From: an uncultured Rhodothermales bacterium
GTDB lineage: Bacteria > Bacteroidota > Rhodothermia > Rhodothermales > BA12
Length of the DNA: 57,842 nt
Assembly: GCA_965365535.1 (NCBI GenBank)
Contig: CBDUCD010000001.1
Span: forward strand, 1-57,842
Reading direction: 5' to 3'
Each line of letters starts with the position of its first letter. The stretch's first letter is position 1. The translations under genes and the position numbers were made by a program. The notes under the pieces were generated by a model. It was given only the letters and a program-made list of their open reading frames with translations. It searched no databases and was not told the origin of the DNA. Of this stretch, positions 40,601 through 48,046 are shown in pieces.

Positions 40601-41112
40601 ACAGCGTGGCGTACGCGCCGGCGTGGCACAACCCGAGCGTGCGCAGCGCCGCCGGCATCGCCCTCGAACGCATCAGCGCCGATGCCCCCGCTGACGCCGC
40701 CAACTGGGGCAGCAGCGCGGCGACAGGCGGCGGCACGCCGGGCACGCGCAACAGCCTCACCTTCGACCCCGACCGCCCCGACGCGCCCGACCGGCCCGGT
40801 CTCAGCGCCGCGCCCTCGCCGTTCTCGCCCGACGGCGACGGCGTGGACGATTTCGTGGCGCTGCAATACCGCCTTGCCACGCCGCGCGCGACGGTGCGCG
40901 TGCGCATTTTCGACCAGCAGGGCCGACTCGTGCGCACGCTTGCCCAGTCGGCCCTCGCCGGGCCCGCCGGGCAGGTCGTCTGGGACGGGCGCGACGACAC
41001 GGGGCGGGCGCTGCGCATCGGCATCTACGTCGCCGTCCTCGAAGCCCTCGACGCCCGAGCGGGCGTGGCCGAGATGCACCGGACGCCCCTCGTGCTGGCG
41101 CGGGCGTTATAG
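37627..41112 (+). CDS. large secreted protein: LamG/concanavalin-like N-domain, Ig-like spacers, three lamin-tail domains (LTD), FlgD-Ig/T9SS-like C-terminal beta-sandwich
   Basis: C-terminal 1161 codons of ORF 36751..41112. ATG 37627 gives signal peptide MRAALLSLALLLPLTAHAQ. There are three LTD starts: LVVNEIAFAPP..PEYVEVFN, LVVNEILYAP...PEYVELLN and LAVNEIMYQP...AEYVELVN. Each ends ..GGTPG..NS. The C-terminus reads ...SPFSPDGDGVDD...VRIFDQQGRLVR... Confidence 0.8.
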   Translation: MRAALLSLALLLPLTAHAQVADGFEDGDFSRNPAWSGDEDRWRVAARDDGFWLGTDGLAQSDTLRLATPSAVSYGTWRFLFAFEGVNLSTANGARIYLFADAADVGGDARGYFVQMGTNNTDEVRLYRQDGPPGVAANRVELGRSAALAGGDAGTLAVEVARSAEGVWTVTVDGAPAFTATDARYATATHFGLWVKHSSTAGQAFFFDDIAAQGTAAPPDLVPPAVTGAIYDPALPGFAVDFSEPLDAATVAAARFSPSAGRVAAVLLLDGSRRVQARLDAPLATGLYTLGIRGLADRAGNAMRDTTLTFTVVRDTVPPLLVEAAASGLSRLFARFSESVVNACDAGIYAITPGSIPVAGTTCAPGTETDTLGLRLGSPLAPGLFYTLEARGARDAAGNVSTFTTATFALPAAPAPRSLVVNEIAFAPPPGVPEYVEVFNRSAAPLDLSQFTFEDAGGLPRPVSARPHPLAPGAFATLTRDSSALRAAFPGTASLQIAGWPTLNNDGDAVVLRAGGVAIDSVAFTPAWGGAGASLERRDPDGPSFFPANFGTTTDARGGTPGQVNSLFAPDLAAPRVVDAQETAPGEAAVIFDEPLDPASVTPDHFALDGAALQRVQMDDASGVRLFFDPSQRPLLLTTRALRDFKGNVSAEAVAPVATIPGAGELVVNEILYAPLADPSDGRPDQPEYVELLNTTGRTLALRGVGIAGAPDENGQADTLRLPPDVAPLAPGGFAVLYDADATDGDPATASRLALAFPSRDFTRPGTRLVPLASVTAGGLSNSGELLHLVARGVTLDSVAYRPAWQDAGLATATGIALERIDADAPGSSSASWASSADVEGGTPGAPNSVAPDPDALPPVAGDLAVNEIMYQPVALADDGRPDQAEYVELVNRSGHPLDLNGLLLLGAPDENGKVDSVRLVFRPTVLAPGGFAVFFRTSGAYADAPDPRARFVEAFPGAAGAVLVPQRLAGFSLPDGGRLLRMVGAGGAPLDSVAYAPAWHNPSVRSAAGIALERISADAPADAANWGSSAATGGGTPGTRNSLTFDPDRPDAPDRPGLSAAPSPFSPDGDGVDDFVALQYRLATPRATVRVRIFDQQGRLVRTLAQSALAGPAGQVVWDGRDDTGRALRIGIYVAVLEALDARAGVAEMHRTPLVLARAL
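39610..40790 (+). repeat. intragenic tandem duplication (two ~594-nt LTD modules) inside the LTD gene
   Basis: GAGTACGTCGAAC recurs at 39688 and 40282, which is 594 nt or 198 codons apart. The flanking DNA is clearly similar (...GTCAACGAAAT..TGTAC...GGCCGCCCCGACCAG.CCGAGTACGTCGAACT...). The first LTD module (38926) is more diverged. Confidence 0.65.
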
Positions 41113-41640
41113 GGGCGCGGCTTTTTTCCCCAGCCCGTAGTGCGCCACGAGCGCGTCGGCGAGGCGGGCCGTCGAGCGGTCTATGATGTCGTGGACGCGG
41201 GCAAAGCCGTCCTCGCCGCCGTAGTACGGGTCGGGCACGGCGTAGTCGTCGGGCGTGGCGTCGAGTTCGCGTAAAAGACGAACTTTGTCGCCGTAACGGT
41301 CTGCGGGGTCGAGGGCGAGGGTGTCGAGCAGGTTGTCCCGATCCATGGCGAAAATGTGGTCGTAGTGCGCCAGGTCGTCGGCGTCGAGCTGGCGGCCCCG
41401 GTGCGCGTCGAGCGAGAGGCCGCGCCGGGCGCTTTCTTCGCGCGTGCGCGCGTCGGCGGGGCGCCCCACGTGCCAGGCGCCCGTGCCTGCCGAGGCAACT
41501 TCGAAAAACGACGCCACGCCGCGCTTTTCGAGGTGGTGGCGCAGCAGCGCCTCGGCAAGGGGACTGCGGCAGATGTTGCCCATGCACACGAACAGCACGC
41601 GGATGGGGCGGTGAGGGGCAGGATCGGGGGTATCTTTCAC
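41107..41640 (-). CDS. low-molecular-weight protein-tyrosine phosphatase
   Basis: C-terminal 177 codons of ORF 41107..43074. The start was moved to GTG 41640-41638. VLFVCMGNICRSP (CX5R(S/T) P-loop) and ...DPYYG... The 3' end overlaps the convergent LTD gene by 6 nt. Confidence 0.85.
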   Translation of the reverse strand: MKDTPDPAPHRPIRVLFVCMGNICRSPLAEALLRHHLEKRGVASFFEVASAGTGAWHVGRPADARTREESARRGLSLDAHRGRQLDADDLAHYDHIFAMDRDNLLDTLALDPADRYGDKVRLLRELDATPDDYAVPDPYYGGEDGFARVHDIIDRSTARLADALVAHYGLGKKAAPL

Positions 41641-41709
41641 GGATCGTGTGGGGTGGAATGGGCCGCCGCGCCCGGGGCACGACGTTTTCTCGCCGCCAAA
41701 ATAACCTCT

Positions 41710-42933
41710 GTGGAGCCTCTCGACCTGCCACCCCTCTACAGCGTCGGCGCCCTCGCGGGCGCGCTGCGCCTCCACCTGGAACGCCACTGGGGCGACGTCG
41801 TCGTCGAGGGCGAACTGTCCAACTTCAAGGCGTACGCCCAGTCGGGCCACTGCTACTTCACCCTCAAAGACGCCGACGCGCAGCTGCGCGGCGTCATGTG
41901 GCGCACGTACGCCGGGCGCCTCTTTTTCCGCCCCCGCGACGGGATGCTGGTGCGGGCGCGCGGCACGGTCACGTTCTACCCCGCGCGCGGCGAGGCCCAG
42001 CTTACCGTCCGCGAGATGACGCTGGCAGGCGAAGGGGCGCTGCAAAAGGCGTTCAGCGAGCTCAAAAAATCCCTCGCCGCCGAGGGGCTGTTCGACGCCG
42101 GGCGCAAAAAGCCCCTGCCCCTGTACCCCGAGCGCATCGGCGTCGTCACGTCGCCCAGCGGGGCGGCGTTGCAGGACGTGCTGGCGGTGCTGGCGCGGCG
42201 GTTTCCGTGCGCCGAGGTCGTCGTGTGCGGCGTGCCCGTGCAGGGGCTGGGCGCCGCCGAGCAGATCGCGGACGCCATCGGCGCCTTTAGCGCCCTCGAC
42301 CGGGACGCGCCCCTGCGCCCCGACGTGCTGATCGTGGGGCGCGGCGGCGGCAGCGCCGAAGACCTGTGGGCCTTTAACGAGGAAACGGTCGCCCGCGCCA
42401 TCGCGGCCTGCACGATTCCCGTCGTCAGCGCCGTGGGGCACGAGACCGACGTGTCCATCTCGGATTTCGTGGCCGACGTGCGGGCGGCGACGCCTTCGAT
42501 GGCCGCCGAACTCGTCGTGCCCCACCACGCCGAGGTGCGCGCCCTGTTCTACGGCTACGCCAATGCCCTCGCCGACGCCGTGCAGGCGCGCGTGGACGCG
42601 GGGCGGCAGCGCGTCGAACGCGCCCTGGCCTCGCGCGGCTTTGCCGCCCCCGGCCACCGCGCCGACGTGCTGGGGCAAGGGCTGGCGCTGCTGCGCGCCC
42701 GCCTCGACCACGCCGCGGGTCGCCGGCAGGCAGGCGTGCAGGCCCGGCTGGACACGCTCCAGGCACGACTGGAAGCCCTCGACCCGCGCCGCCCCCTCCG
42801 GCTGGGCTACGTGCGCGTCGAGCAGGACGGGCGCGCCGTCCGCCGCGCCGCCGACCTGACGGCTGCCCCGGCGCTGCTGCGGTTCGAGGACGGCCTCAGA
42901 ACCGTTCAGCCCCTCGATGCGCCCGCGCGATAG
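41710..42933 (+). CDS. xseA: exodeoxyribonuclease VII large subunit
   Basis: C-terminal 407 codons of ORF 41356..42933, starting at GTG 41710. ...VVVEGELSNFK...SGHCYFTLKD..AQLR.VMW......G..V...G.V..Y...G..QL......G.G.L..AF..LK..L..EGLFD...K..LP..P..IGVVTSP.GAA..D......RR.P.....V....VQG... RGGGS.EDLW.FN.E..ARAI....IPV.SAVGHETD. Confidence 0.9.
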   Translation: MEPLDLPPLYSVGALAGALRLHLERHWGDVVVEGELSNFKAYAQSGHCYFTLKDADAQLRGVMWRTYAGRLFFRPRDGMLVRARGTVTFYPARGEAQLTVREMTLAGEGALQKAFSELKKSLAAEGLFDAGRKKPLPLYPERIGVVTSPSGAALQDVLAVLARRFPCAEVVVCGVPVQGLGAAEQIADAIGAFSALDRDAPLRPDVLIVGRGGGSAEDLWAFNEETVARAIAACTIPVVSAVGHETDVSISDFVADVRAATPSMAAELVVPHHAEVRALFYGYANALADAVQARVDAGRQRVERALASRGFAAPGHRADVLGQGLALLRARLDHAAGRRQAGVQARLDTLQARLEALDPRRPLRLGYVRVEQDGRAVRRAADLTAAPALLRFEDGLRTVQPLDAPAR

Positions 42934-43006
42934 CTTTGTTGCGTTTGGCGTTTGGGCCGGCACAGCCCGCTGGGTAGATTGATGCCAGCATTTGCCAGCG
43001 CCCCGT

Positions 43007-44074
43007 ATGGCCTCCTCACCCGAGTTCACCCTCGAAATCGCGCCCCGCCAGCGCTTCGACATCACCGACGTCAACGCCCTTTTGCGCCAGCAGCACGGCG
43101 ACGTTTTAGCGGGATATCCGCGCGCCCTCTACGCCTCGTACCACACCACGGCAGGCTATTTCGAGCCCCACGTGTGCGCCGTCCTCGAACACTCCGCCGA
43201 CTCGCTCTCGCGCTTCGTGCGGCGCTACCAGGCGCTTTACCCCGCCGGCGCTGGCTACCGCCACGACCAGATCTGGCTGCGCGACGAGCTGACGGACGAG
43301 CAGAAGGAAACCGAACCCCTCAACGCCGACTCGCACCTAACGTTTATCGGCTCGGGGCTGCTCAACTGCGTCACGTATGACGTGCGGCCCGGCCAGCCCG
43401 CCTTTCTCGTCGACCTCGACGGCGTGTACCGCTCGCGCCGGCGCCGCCGCAAAACCACCGTCGTCGGCTTCCACGACGAGCGCCTGGTGCACCGGACGCG
43501 CCTGCGGGTGCCCGTCACGCCCCACGCCATTGACGCCTTCAACCTGCGCGACGAAAAGCTGGGCCTGTTTGCCGAACTCGACGCCCGCATCCGCGGGCTG
43601 GGCATAGACAAGGGGCGCGTCGAGATCCGCCTGCCCGACGAGGAGCAGCACGCCGCCCTGACCGTGAACGAGTACGAGACGCTGCTGATGCGCTACGACC
43701 TCGCCGAGGTGCTGCGCAACCCCTTCCGCTTCATGGCGCGCCAGGGCTGGAACGCCTTGCGCGACCCCCTCGCCGTGCCCTCGAAAGCCCTCAACTACGC
43801 CAAGTACGACTTTGTCGTGTTCATCAACCGGGCGATGCAGAAGCTGGGCCTGCGCGACACGCTTTTCGCGCGCGGCGTGGACAAGCTCGTCGGCGGCGCG
43901 GCCAAGCGGCGGCTGCGCATGAAACGCAGCGTGAGCCTGCCCATCTCCGACGGCGACCGCGACGGCGTGGGCGCCATCGTGCAGGGCACCTACCAGAGCC
44001 CCATCCTGGTGCAGTGGCGCAGCCCCCACCGCGACGTGCGCGCCCTCGACGTGCGCTTTATCGCCTTCGACTGA
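43007..44074 (+). CDS. hypothetical protein with split YjbQ/UPF0047-like motifs
   Basis: ORF 42992..44074 (TTG). I prefer ATG 43007, giving 355 aa. The N-terminal part has FDITD...YASYHTTAGYFE...YRHD...NADSHL..IGSGL (YjbQ-like HTTA / NADSH motifs). The extreme C-terminus has ..VQGTYQSPILVQW.., which resembles the YjbQ GTWQ strand. About 190 aa separate the two parts. Confidence 0.55.
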   Translation: MASSPEFTLEIAPRQRFDITDVNALLRQQHGDVLAGYPRALYASYHTTAGYFEPHVCAVLEHSADSLSRFVRRYQALYPAGAGYRHDQIWLRDELTDEQKETEPLNADSHLTFIGSGLLNCVTYDVRPGQPAFLVDLDGVYRSRRRRRKTTVVGFHDERLVHRTRLRVPVTPHAIDAFNLRDEKLGLFAELDARIRGLGIDKGRVEIRLPDEEQHAALTVNEYETLLMRYDLAEVLRNPFRFMARQGWNALRDPLAVPSKALNYAKYDFVVFINRAMQKLGLRDTLFARGVDKLVGGAAKRRLRMKRSVSLPISDGDRDGVGAIVQGTYQSPILVQWRSPHRDVRALDVRFIAFD

Positions 44075-44083
44075 CGGTAACGA

Positions 44084-44860
44084 TCAGATCAGGCTGTGCG
44101 ACTGGCCGCCGTCCACGTTCAGGCAGGCGCCGGTGACGAGGCTGGCGGCGGGCGAGGCCAGAAACGCCGCCACGCGCCCCACCTCGTCCGCCGTGCCAAA
44201 GCGCCCGAGGGGGATGTTGTCGGCCACGAATTGCGCCATGCCGTCGGGGTCTTCGCGGCAGCGCTTGTCCCACGAGCCGCCGGGAAAGCGAATCGAGCCC
44301 GGCGCGATGGTGTTGACGCGGATGCCGCGCGGCGCCAGTTCGAGGCTCATGATTTTAGCCGCCGAGACGAGGGCGCTTTTGGTAGCGTTGTAGATGGACA
44401 GCCCCGGCCCGCCCGCCTCGCGCCCGAAGATGGAGGCGGTAAACAGGATGCTGCCGCCCTCCCCTTCGAGCAGGGGCAGCGCCGCCCGCGCGATGCGCAG
44501 GTGCGCGAGCACGTTGAGGTCCACGAGCGCGGCCCAGTCGTCGTCCGTCGTCTGGGCGAAAGGTTTGCGGCGGTTGCCGCCCATGTTGCCCACGAGCACG
44601 TCCAGCCGTCCAAAATGGGTTTCGGCGGCTTCGACGAGGCGGGCGGGCGCGTCGGGCATCGTGGCGTCGAGGGCGACGGGCTGCGCCCGGACGCCGTACT
44701 CCCCGGCCAGCCGCGCCGCCGTTTCTTCGAGGGCTGCGGCGCCGCGCGCCGCGAGCAGCAGGTGGCACCCTTCGGCGGCGAGGGCGGCGGCGATGCCCTC
44801 GCCCAGCCCCCGGCTGGCCCCGACGACGAGGGCGACCTTGTTTTCGAGTTGTAAATCCAT
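44084..44860 (-). CDS. SDR-family oxidoreductase
   Basis: C-terminal 258 codons of ORF 44084..45433, starting at ATG 44860. KVALVVGASRGLGEGIA (TGxxxGxG-type), NMGG, ..S..Y.ATK.. (YxxxK), IRVNTIAPG. Confidence 0.88.
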   Translation of the reverse strand: MDLQLENKVALVVGASRGLGEGIAAALAAEGCHLLLAARGAAALEETAARLAGEYGVRAQPVALDATMPDAPARLVEAAETHFGRLDVLVGNMGGNRRKPFAQTTDDDWAALVDLNVLAHLRIARAALPLLEGEGGSILFTASIFGREAGGPGLSIYNATKSALVSAAKIMSLELAPRGIRVNTIAPGSIRFPGGSWDKRCREDPDGMAQFVADNIPLGRFGTADEVGRVAAFLASPAASLVTGACLNVDGGQSHSLI

Positions 44861-44938
44861 GCGGCAAGATAGGGCCGCGCGCCGTTCGAGAACCCATCGC
44901 GGCGCGCCGCGTGCTTGCCCCGACACCCCTCGCCTCCG

Positions 44939-45151
44939 ATGCCCGACCGCTCCGCCGCCACCTTCGAGCAAGCCCTCCAGCGCCTCGAAACCCTCGTCGC
45001 CCGCCTCGAAAGCGGCGACGACACGCTTGAAGCCGCCCTCGCGGCGTACGAAGAAGGCATGACGCTTGTGCACGCGTGCCGCGAAAAGCTCGACGCCGCG
45101 CAGGCGCGCATTCTCCACCTCCAACTCGACCCCGATGACGACGCCTTTTAG
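44939..45151 (+). CDS. xseB: exodeoxyribonuclease VII small subunit
   Basis: ORF 44915..45151 (TTG). I prefer ATG 44939. ...FEQALQRLETLVARLESGD..LEAALAAYEEGM.L...C...L..A...I is the XseB pattern. Confidence 0.85.
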   Translation: MPDRSAATFEQALQRLETLVARLESGDDTLEAALAAYEEGMTLVHACREKLDAAQARILHLQLDPDDDAF

Positions 45152-45641
45152 CCAGCTTCCCGACACGGCCCGCCTGTGGATTTTCGCCGCCCGCGACGCC
45201 CTCGACGCGGCCCGGCAGCAGCAGGTGCTGCTGGATCTGAACGATTTCATCGCCACGTGGACCTCGCACGGCGCCGCCGTCCACGCCGCTGCCGCTTTCG
45301 AGGAAGATCGCTTTCTCGTCGTCGGAGCGACGATTCCCGGCGGCGACGTGTCGGGGTGCGGCACGGACAAGCTGTTCGGCGCCGTGCGCGACGCCTTCAG
45401 GGCCGCGGGCACCGCGCAACTCGACCCCCTCACGTTTTGCTACCGCGACGCGGACGGCGCCGTCTGCACCGCGCCGCGCGCCACGGCCCGCACCCTGGCC
45501 GCCCGGGGCGTGCTGCGGCCCGACACGCCGGTTTTCGACGTGGCGCTGACTGCGCTCGGCGCGTACCGGCGGGGCGATTTCCGTCCGCCTGCCCGCGCGA
45601 CGTGGCTGGCGCGGCTGCTGAACGTGGCCCCGGTGGCCTGA
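45135..45641 (+). CDS. conserved hypothetical protein (family often mis-annotated 'ABC transporter ATPase' in Bacteroidota)
   Basis: ORF 45066..45641. The start was moved to ATG 45135, a 17-nt overlap with xseB. ...LWIFAA...L.......L...L..F...WTSHG......A...ED.FLVV........VSGCG.DKL... The family assignment is from memory only. Confidence 0.55.
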   Translation: MTTPFSQLPDTARLWIFAARDALDAARQQQVLLDLNDFIATWTSHGAAVHAAAAFEEDRFLVVGATIPGGDVSGCGTDKLFGAVRDAFRAAGTAQLDPLTFCYRDADGAVCTAPRATARTLAARGVLRPDTPVFDVALTALGAYRRGDFRPPARATWLARLLNVAPVA

Positions 45642-45724
45642 GGCAGCGCCGGCTGAATTGCAACGGCACGGTTGTAGCGTAGGGCGAGGTAGCGGCCTCG
45701 AAACTCCCCCCCGGCAGCGCGGTA

Positions 45725-45748
45725 CGGCCTCCGGAGGCCGCATTTATT
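45725..45748 (+). terminator. possible weak terminator
   Basis: CGGCCTCCGGAGGCCG palindrome followed by CATTTATT. The U-tract is poor. Confidence 0.3.
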
Positions 45749-45756
45749 CAACCTCT

Positions 45757-46722
45757 ATGTCCACCCGCTTCAACAGTTTACTGGCCCTTTTCGTGCTCGC
45801 CGCCCTGCCCGTGGCGGCGCAGGACAACGGGGCGTTTTTCGACCAGGACGCCCTTAAAACCATCCTCGAACGCCGCGCCCCGTCGCTCGACGACCTGCCC
45901 GAGGTGTTCTACGACTACTACGTCATCCGCGACAGCCGGGACAACACCGTTCTCGCCCGCAACGCCTTTTACAAGCAGATCGGCGATGGCGACCCCGAGC
46001 TGGGCAAGCGGCGCTCCCTCCTCGTGGAACTGCTCAACCGGCAGCTCATGAGCGAGGTCAGAATCGGCGACACGCTTGTCGTGCCCACCGACTGGGACCT
46101 CGACCTGCGCGCGTACTCGCCATTTCCGCGCTACTACCTGGGCGCCCGCAAGCTCGACAAGCTGTTCATCATCCACAAAACCATCCAGGCGTGGGCGGCC
46201 TACGAAAACGGCGAGCTGACGCGCTGGGGGCCGGTGAATACGGGCTCGAAAGAATCGCCGACGCCGGGGGGGCGCTACAACTTCAACTGGAAAGAGCCCT
46301 ACCGCGTCTCGTCGCTCTCGCCCGAAGGCGAGGACTGGGAGATGTACTGGGTGTTCAACATCCAGAACGAGCGCGGCGTGCACGTCCACCAGTACGCCTT
46401 TCCGACGGGCGGCCCCACGAGCCACGGCTGCGTGCGCCTGCTGGACGCCGACGCCCAGTGGGTATATAACTGGGCCGACGCGTGGAAGACGACGAACGGC
46501 ACGGGCTACGCCTCCTCGCAGGCCCGCCTGCTCGCCCCCGGCACGACGGTGCTGGTGCTCGGCGACGACCCCCTCGACCACCCGCACCCGTTCTCGTTCA
46601 AGCGCCGCTACCCCATCCTGATGCGCATAGACCTGCCCGCCGACCCCTTCAGCGTGCCGCCGGGCACGGATCAGCAGAAGCGGTGGGATCGGGAGCGGGC
46701 GCGCTCGGCGGCGCGGCGGTAG
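45757..46722 (+). CDS. L,D-transpeptidase (YkuD) domain protein
   Basis: C-terminal 321 codons of ORF 45658..46722. ATG 45757 gives signal peptide MSTRFNSLLALFVLAALPVAAQ. Catalytic context ...VHVHQY.....PTSHGCVRLL..DA.W.Y.W. Confidence 0.82.
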   Translation: MSTRFNSLLALFVLAALPVAAQDNGAFFDQDALKTILERRAPSLDDLPEVFYDYYVIRDSRDNTVLARNAFYKQIGDGDPELGKRRSLLVELLNRQLMSEVRIGDTLVVPTDWDLDLRAYSPFPRYYLGARKLDKLFIIHKTIQAWAAYENGELTRWGPVNTGSKESPTPGGRYNFNWKEPYRVSSLSPEGEDWEMYWVFNIQNERGVHVHQYAFPTGGPTSHGCVRLLDADAQWVYNWADAWKTTNGTGYASSQARLLAPGTTVLVLGDDPLDHPHPFSFKRRYPILMRIDLPADPFSVPPGTDQQKRWDRERARSAARR

Positions 46723-46808
46723 GCGTCTTCACCAATCCTACCCCGACGGTGCTTGCGCGCCAATTCGGGCGTGGCGTATCATACGAGCCCTGCCCCGGCA
46801 GGCGACCT

Positions 46809-46882
46809 GGTCCGGTAGTTCAGTCGGTTAGAATGCCAGCCTGTCACGTTGGAGGTCGCGGGTTCGAGTCCCGTCCGGACCG
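46809..46882 (+). tRNA. tRNA-Asp (anticodon GTC)
   Basis: Manual cloverleaf. Acceptor GGTCCGG/CCGGACC + G73, D arm GTTC-AGTCGGTTA-GAAT, anticodon stem CCAGC/GTTGG with loop CT-GTC-AC, variable AGGTC, T arm GCGGG-TTCGAGT-CCCGT. CCA is not encoded. Confidence 0.92.
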
Positions 46883-46896
46883 CTTTCGAGAAGCCA

Positions 46897-46937
46897 GAAG
46901 GCCCTAAGTTTTAAGGACTTGGGGCCTTCGTCTTTTT
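46897..46937 (+). terminator. Rho-independent terminator after tRNA-Asp
   Basis: GAAGGCCC(TAAGT)-tttaagg-(ACTT)GGGGCCTTC followed by GTCTTTTT. Confidence 0.7.
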
Positions 46938-47061
46938 ACGCTGTGGGCCTGTCGTGATCACGAAACCTGCTTCGACGCAGGGGCAGGCCGGGAAGACGGC
47001 GACCCTTCCATTTCGCGGGCCCGGTTCGCGCTGCGCCTTGCGACGACGAGCGGACTCGGGA

Positions 47062-47883
47062 TCAATCTGAGAGTTTGGCTTCAATGGCCGTCCGCAGCGC
47101 CCGGGCGTCCGCGCGCATCGCCTGGCGAACCATGAGCAGGTTGCGCTTGGCGTTCGCCATCTCGAAGGCGTCCCGGAGCGCGTCGGCGTCGCGGAGAAAT
47201 GTGGCCGCACGAAAGGGAAACGGGGCTTCGATCTCCGCGAGGTCGGCCTCGGGAACGCCCATCTGGGCGAGAAACCTGCCGAGCACGTCGGGTGCGTAGC
47301 GCAGGCGCGCGCTTTCGACGGGGTCCACGTGCCGGCGCATCCGGCGCTCGGCCGCCGCCCAGGCCCGGTCGAACTGCTCGTGGTCGTAGAGCCGGCCCCG
47401 CGTCTGCTCGAGGTAGGCCGTCACCGCCGTCCGGAGCGAGTCGTCGCGGATGAGTGCCAGGTCCCCCGTTGCCACGAGAGCCTCGGCGGTGCCCGTCAGC
47501 GGGCGGAGGGTGGCCGTCCACATGGCCTGCTCGGCAAGGGCCAGCAGCGAGTCGCGCGGGGGTGGATGGGCCTGGTAAAAGGCGAGCCAGAGCAGCGACC
47601 CCGCCCGGTCAACGGGGCGCAGAAACGCGTCGGCGCGGTCGGCAGCCCCTTCGGTTTCGCGGAGGTCGGCGGCAAGCTGCCGGAGGTAGGCCCGCTCTGC
47701 CGCCACGTCCTGGCGCCCCTCCCACCACGCGCCGACGGCAAGGGCGACGAGGACGCCGGTGACGACGACGAGAAACTCGGCCCCGAACCACCGCGCCCCG
47801 CGCCGCCAGTTCCAGCGCTGCCGGCGCGAGGGAGAAGCCGTCGAGGGGGTAGCAGAGTCGGACACGGGCGGCGGCGTTGGCAT
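47062..47883 (-). CDS. hypothetical membrane-anchored protein (DUF6090-like)
   Basis: ORF 47062..48201. The start was moved to ATG 47883 (273 aa). It has a single TM helix, ..WFGAEFLVVVTGVLVALAVGAWWEGRQ...ERAYLRQL..DL, which resembles the N-terminal architecture of DUF6090 proteins. This assignment is low-confidence. Confidence 0.5.
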   Translation of the reverse strand: MPTPPPVSDSATPSTASPSRRQRWNWRRGARWFGAEFLVVVTGVLVALAVGAWWEGRQDVAAERAYLRQLAADLRETEGAADRADAFLRPVDRAGSLLWLAFYQAHPPPRDSLLALAEQAMWTATLRPLTGTAEALVATGDLALIRDDSLRTAVTAYLEQTRGRLYDHEQFDRAWAAAERRMRRHVDPVESARLRYAPDVLGRFLAQMGVPEADLAEIEAPFPFRAATFLRDADALRDAFEMANAKRNLLMVRQAMRADARALRTAIEAKLSD

Positions 47884-48046
47884 GTAAAGGCAAACCGTGA
47901 GAGGCTTGAGAATAAGACCATCGCCTGGTGCGACCAGCCTCGGGCAGCTCCCGCCTCTTGCCCCTACACGAGAAATACAGGCATCCCTGACAACACGGAC
48001 GCCGCGCTGCGCTGAGGTTGAGGGCGAAATCCCTCTCTGCAACGCC

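Noticed and set aside
32655-41079. Very long alternate-frame or antisense ORFs (32655..35555 +, 966 aa; 37462..41079 -, 1205 aa; also 11437..12981 -, 35506..36633 -, 55272..57593 -).
   Set aside because: Same reasoning. They have R/G/A/P-dominated composition and no signal peptides or domains, and each overlaps a gene with clear family signatures (S8, vWA, LTD, alaS, T9SS proteins).
46911-47210. 99-aa minus-strand ORF just downstream of the tRNA terminator.
   Set aside because: It overlaps the 3' end of the better-supported 47062..47883 gene in another frame. It is R/P/S-rich with no recognisable features.
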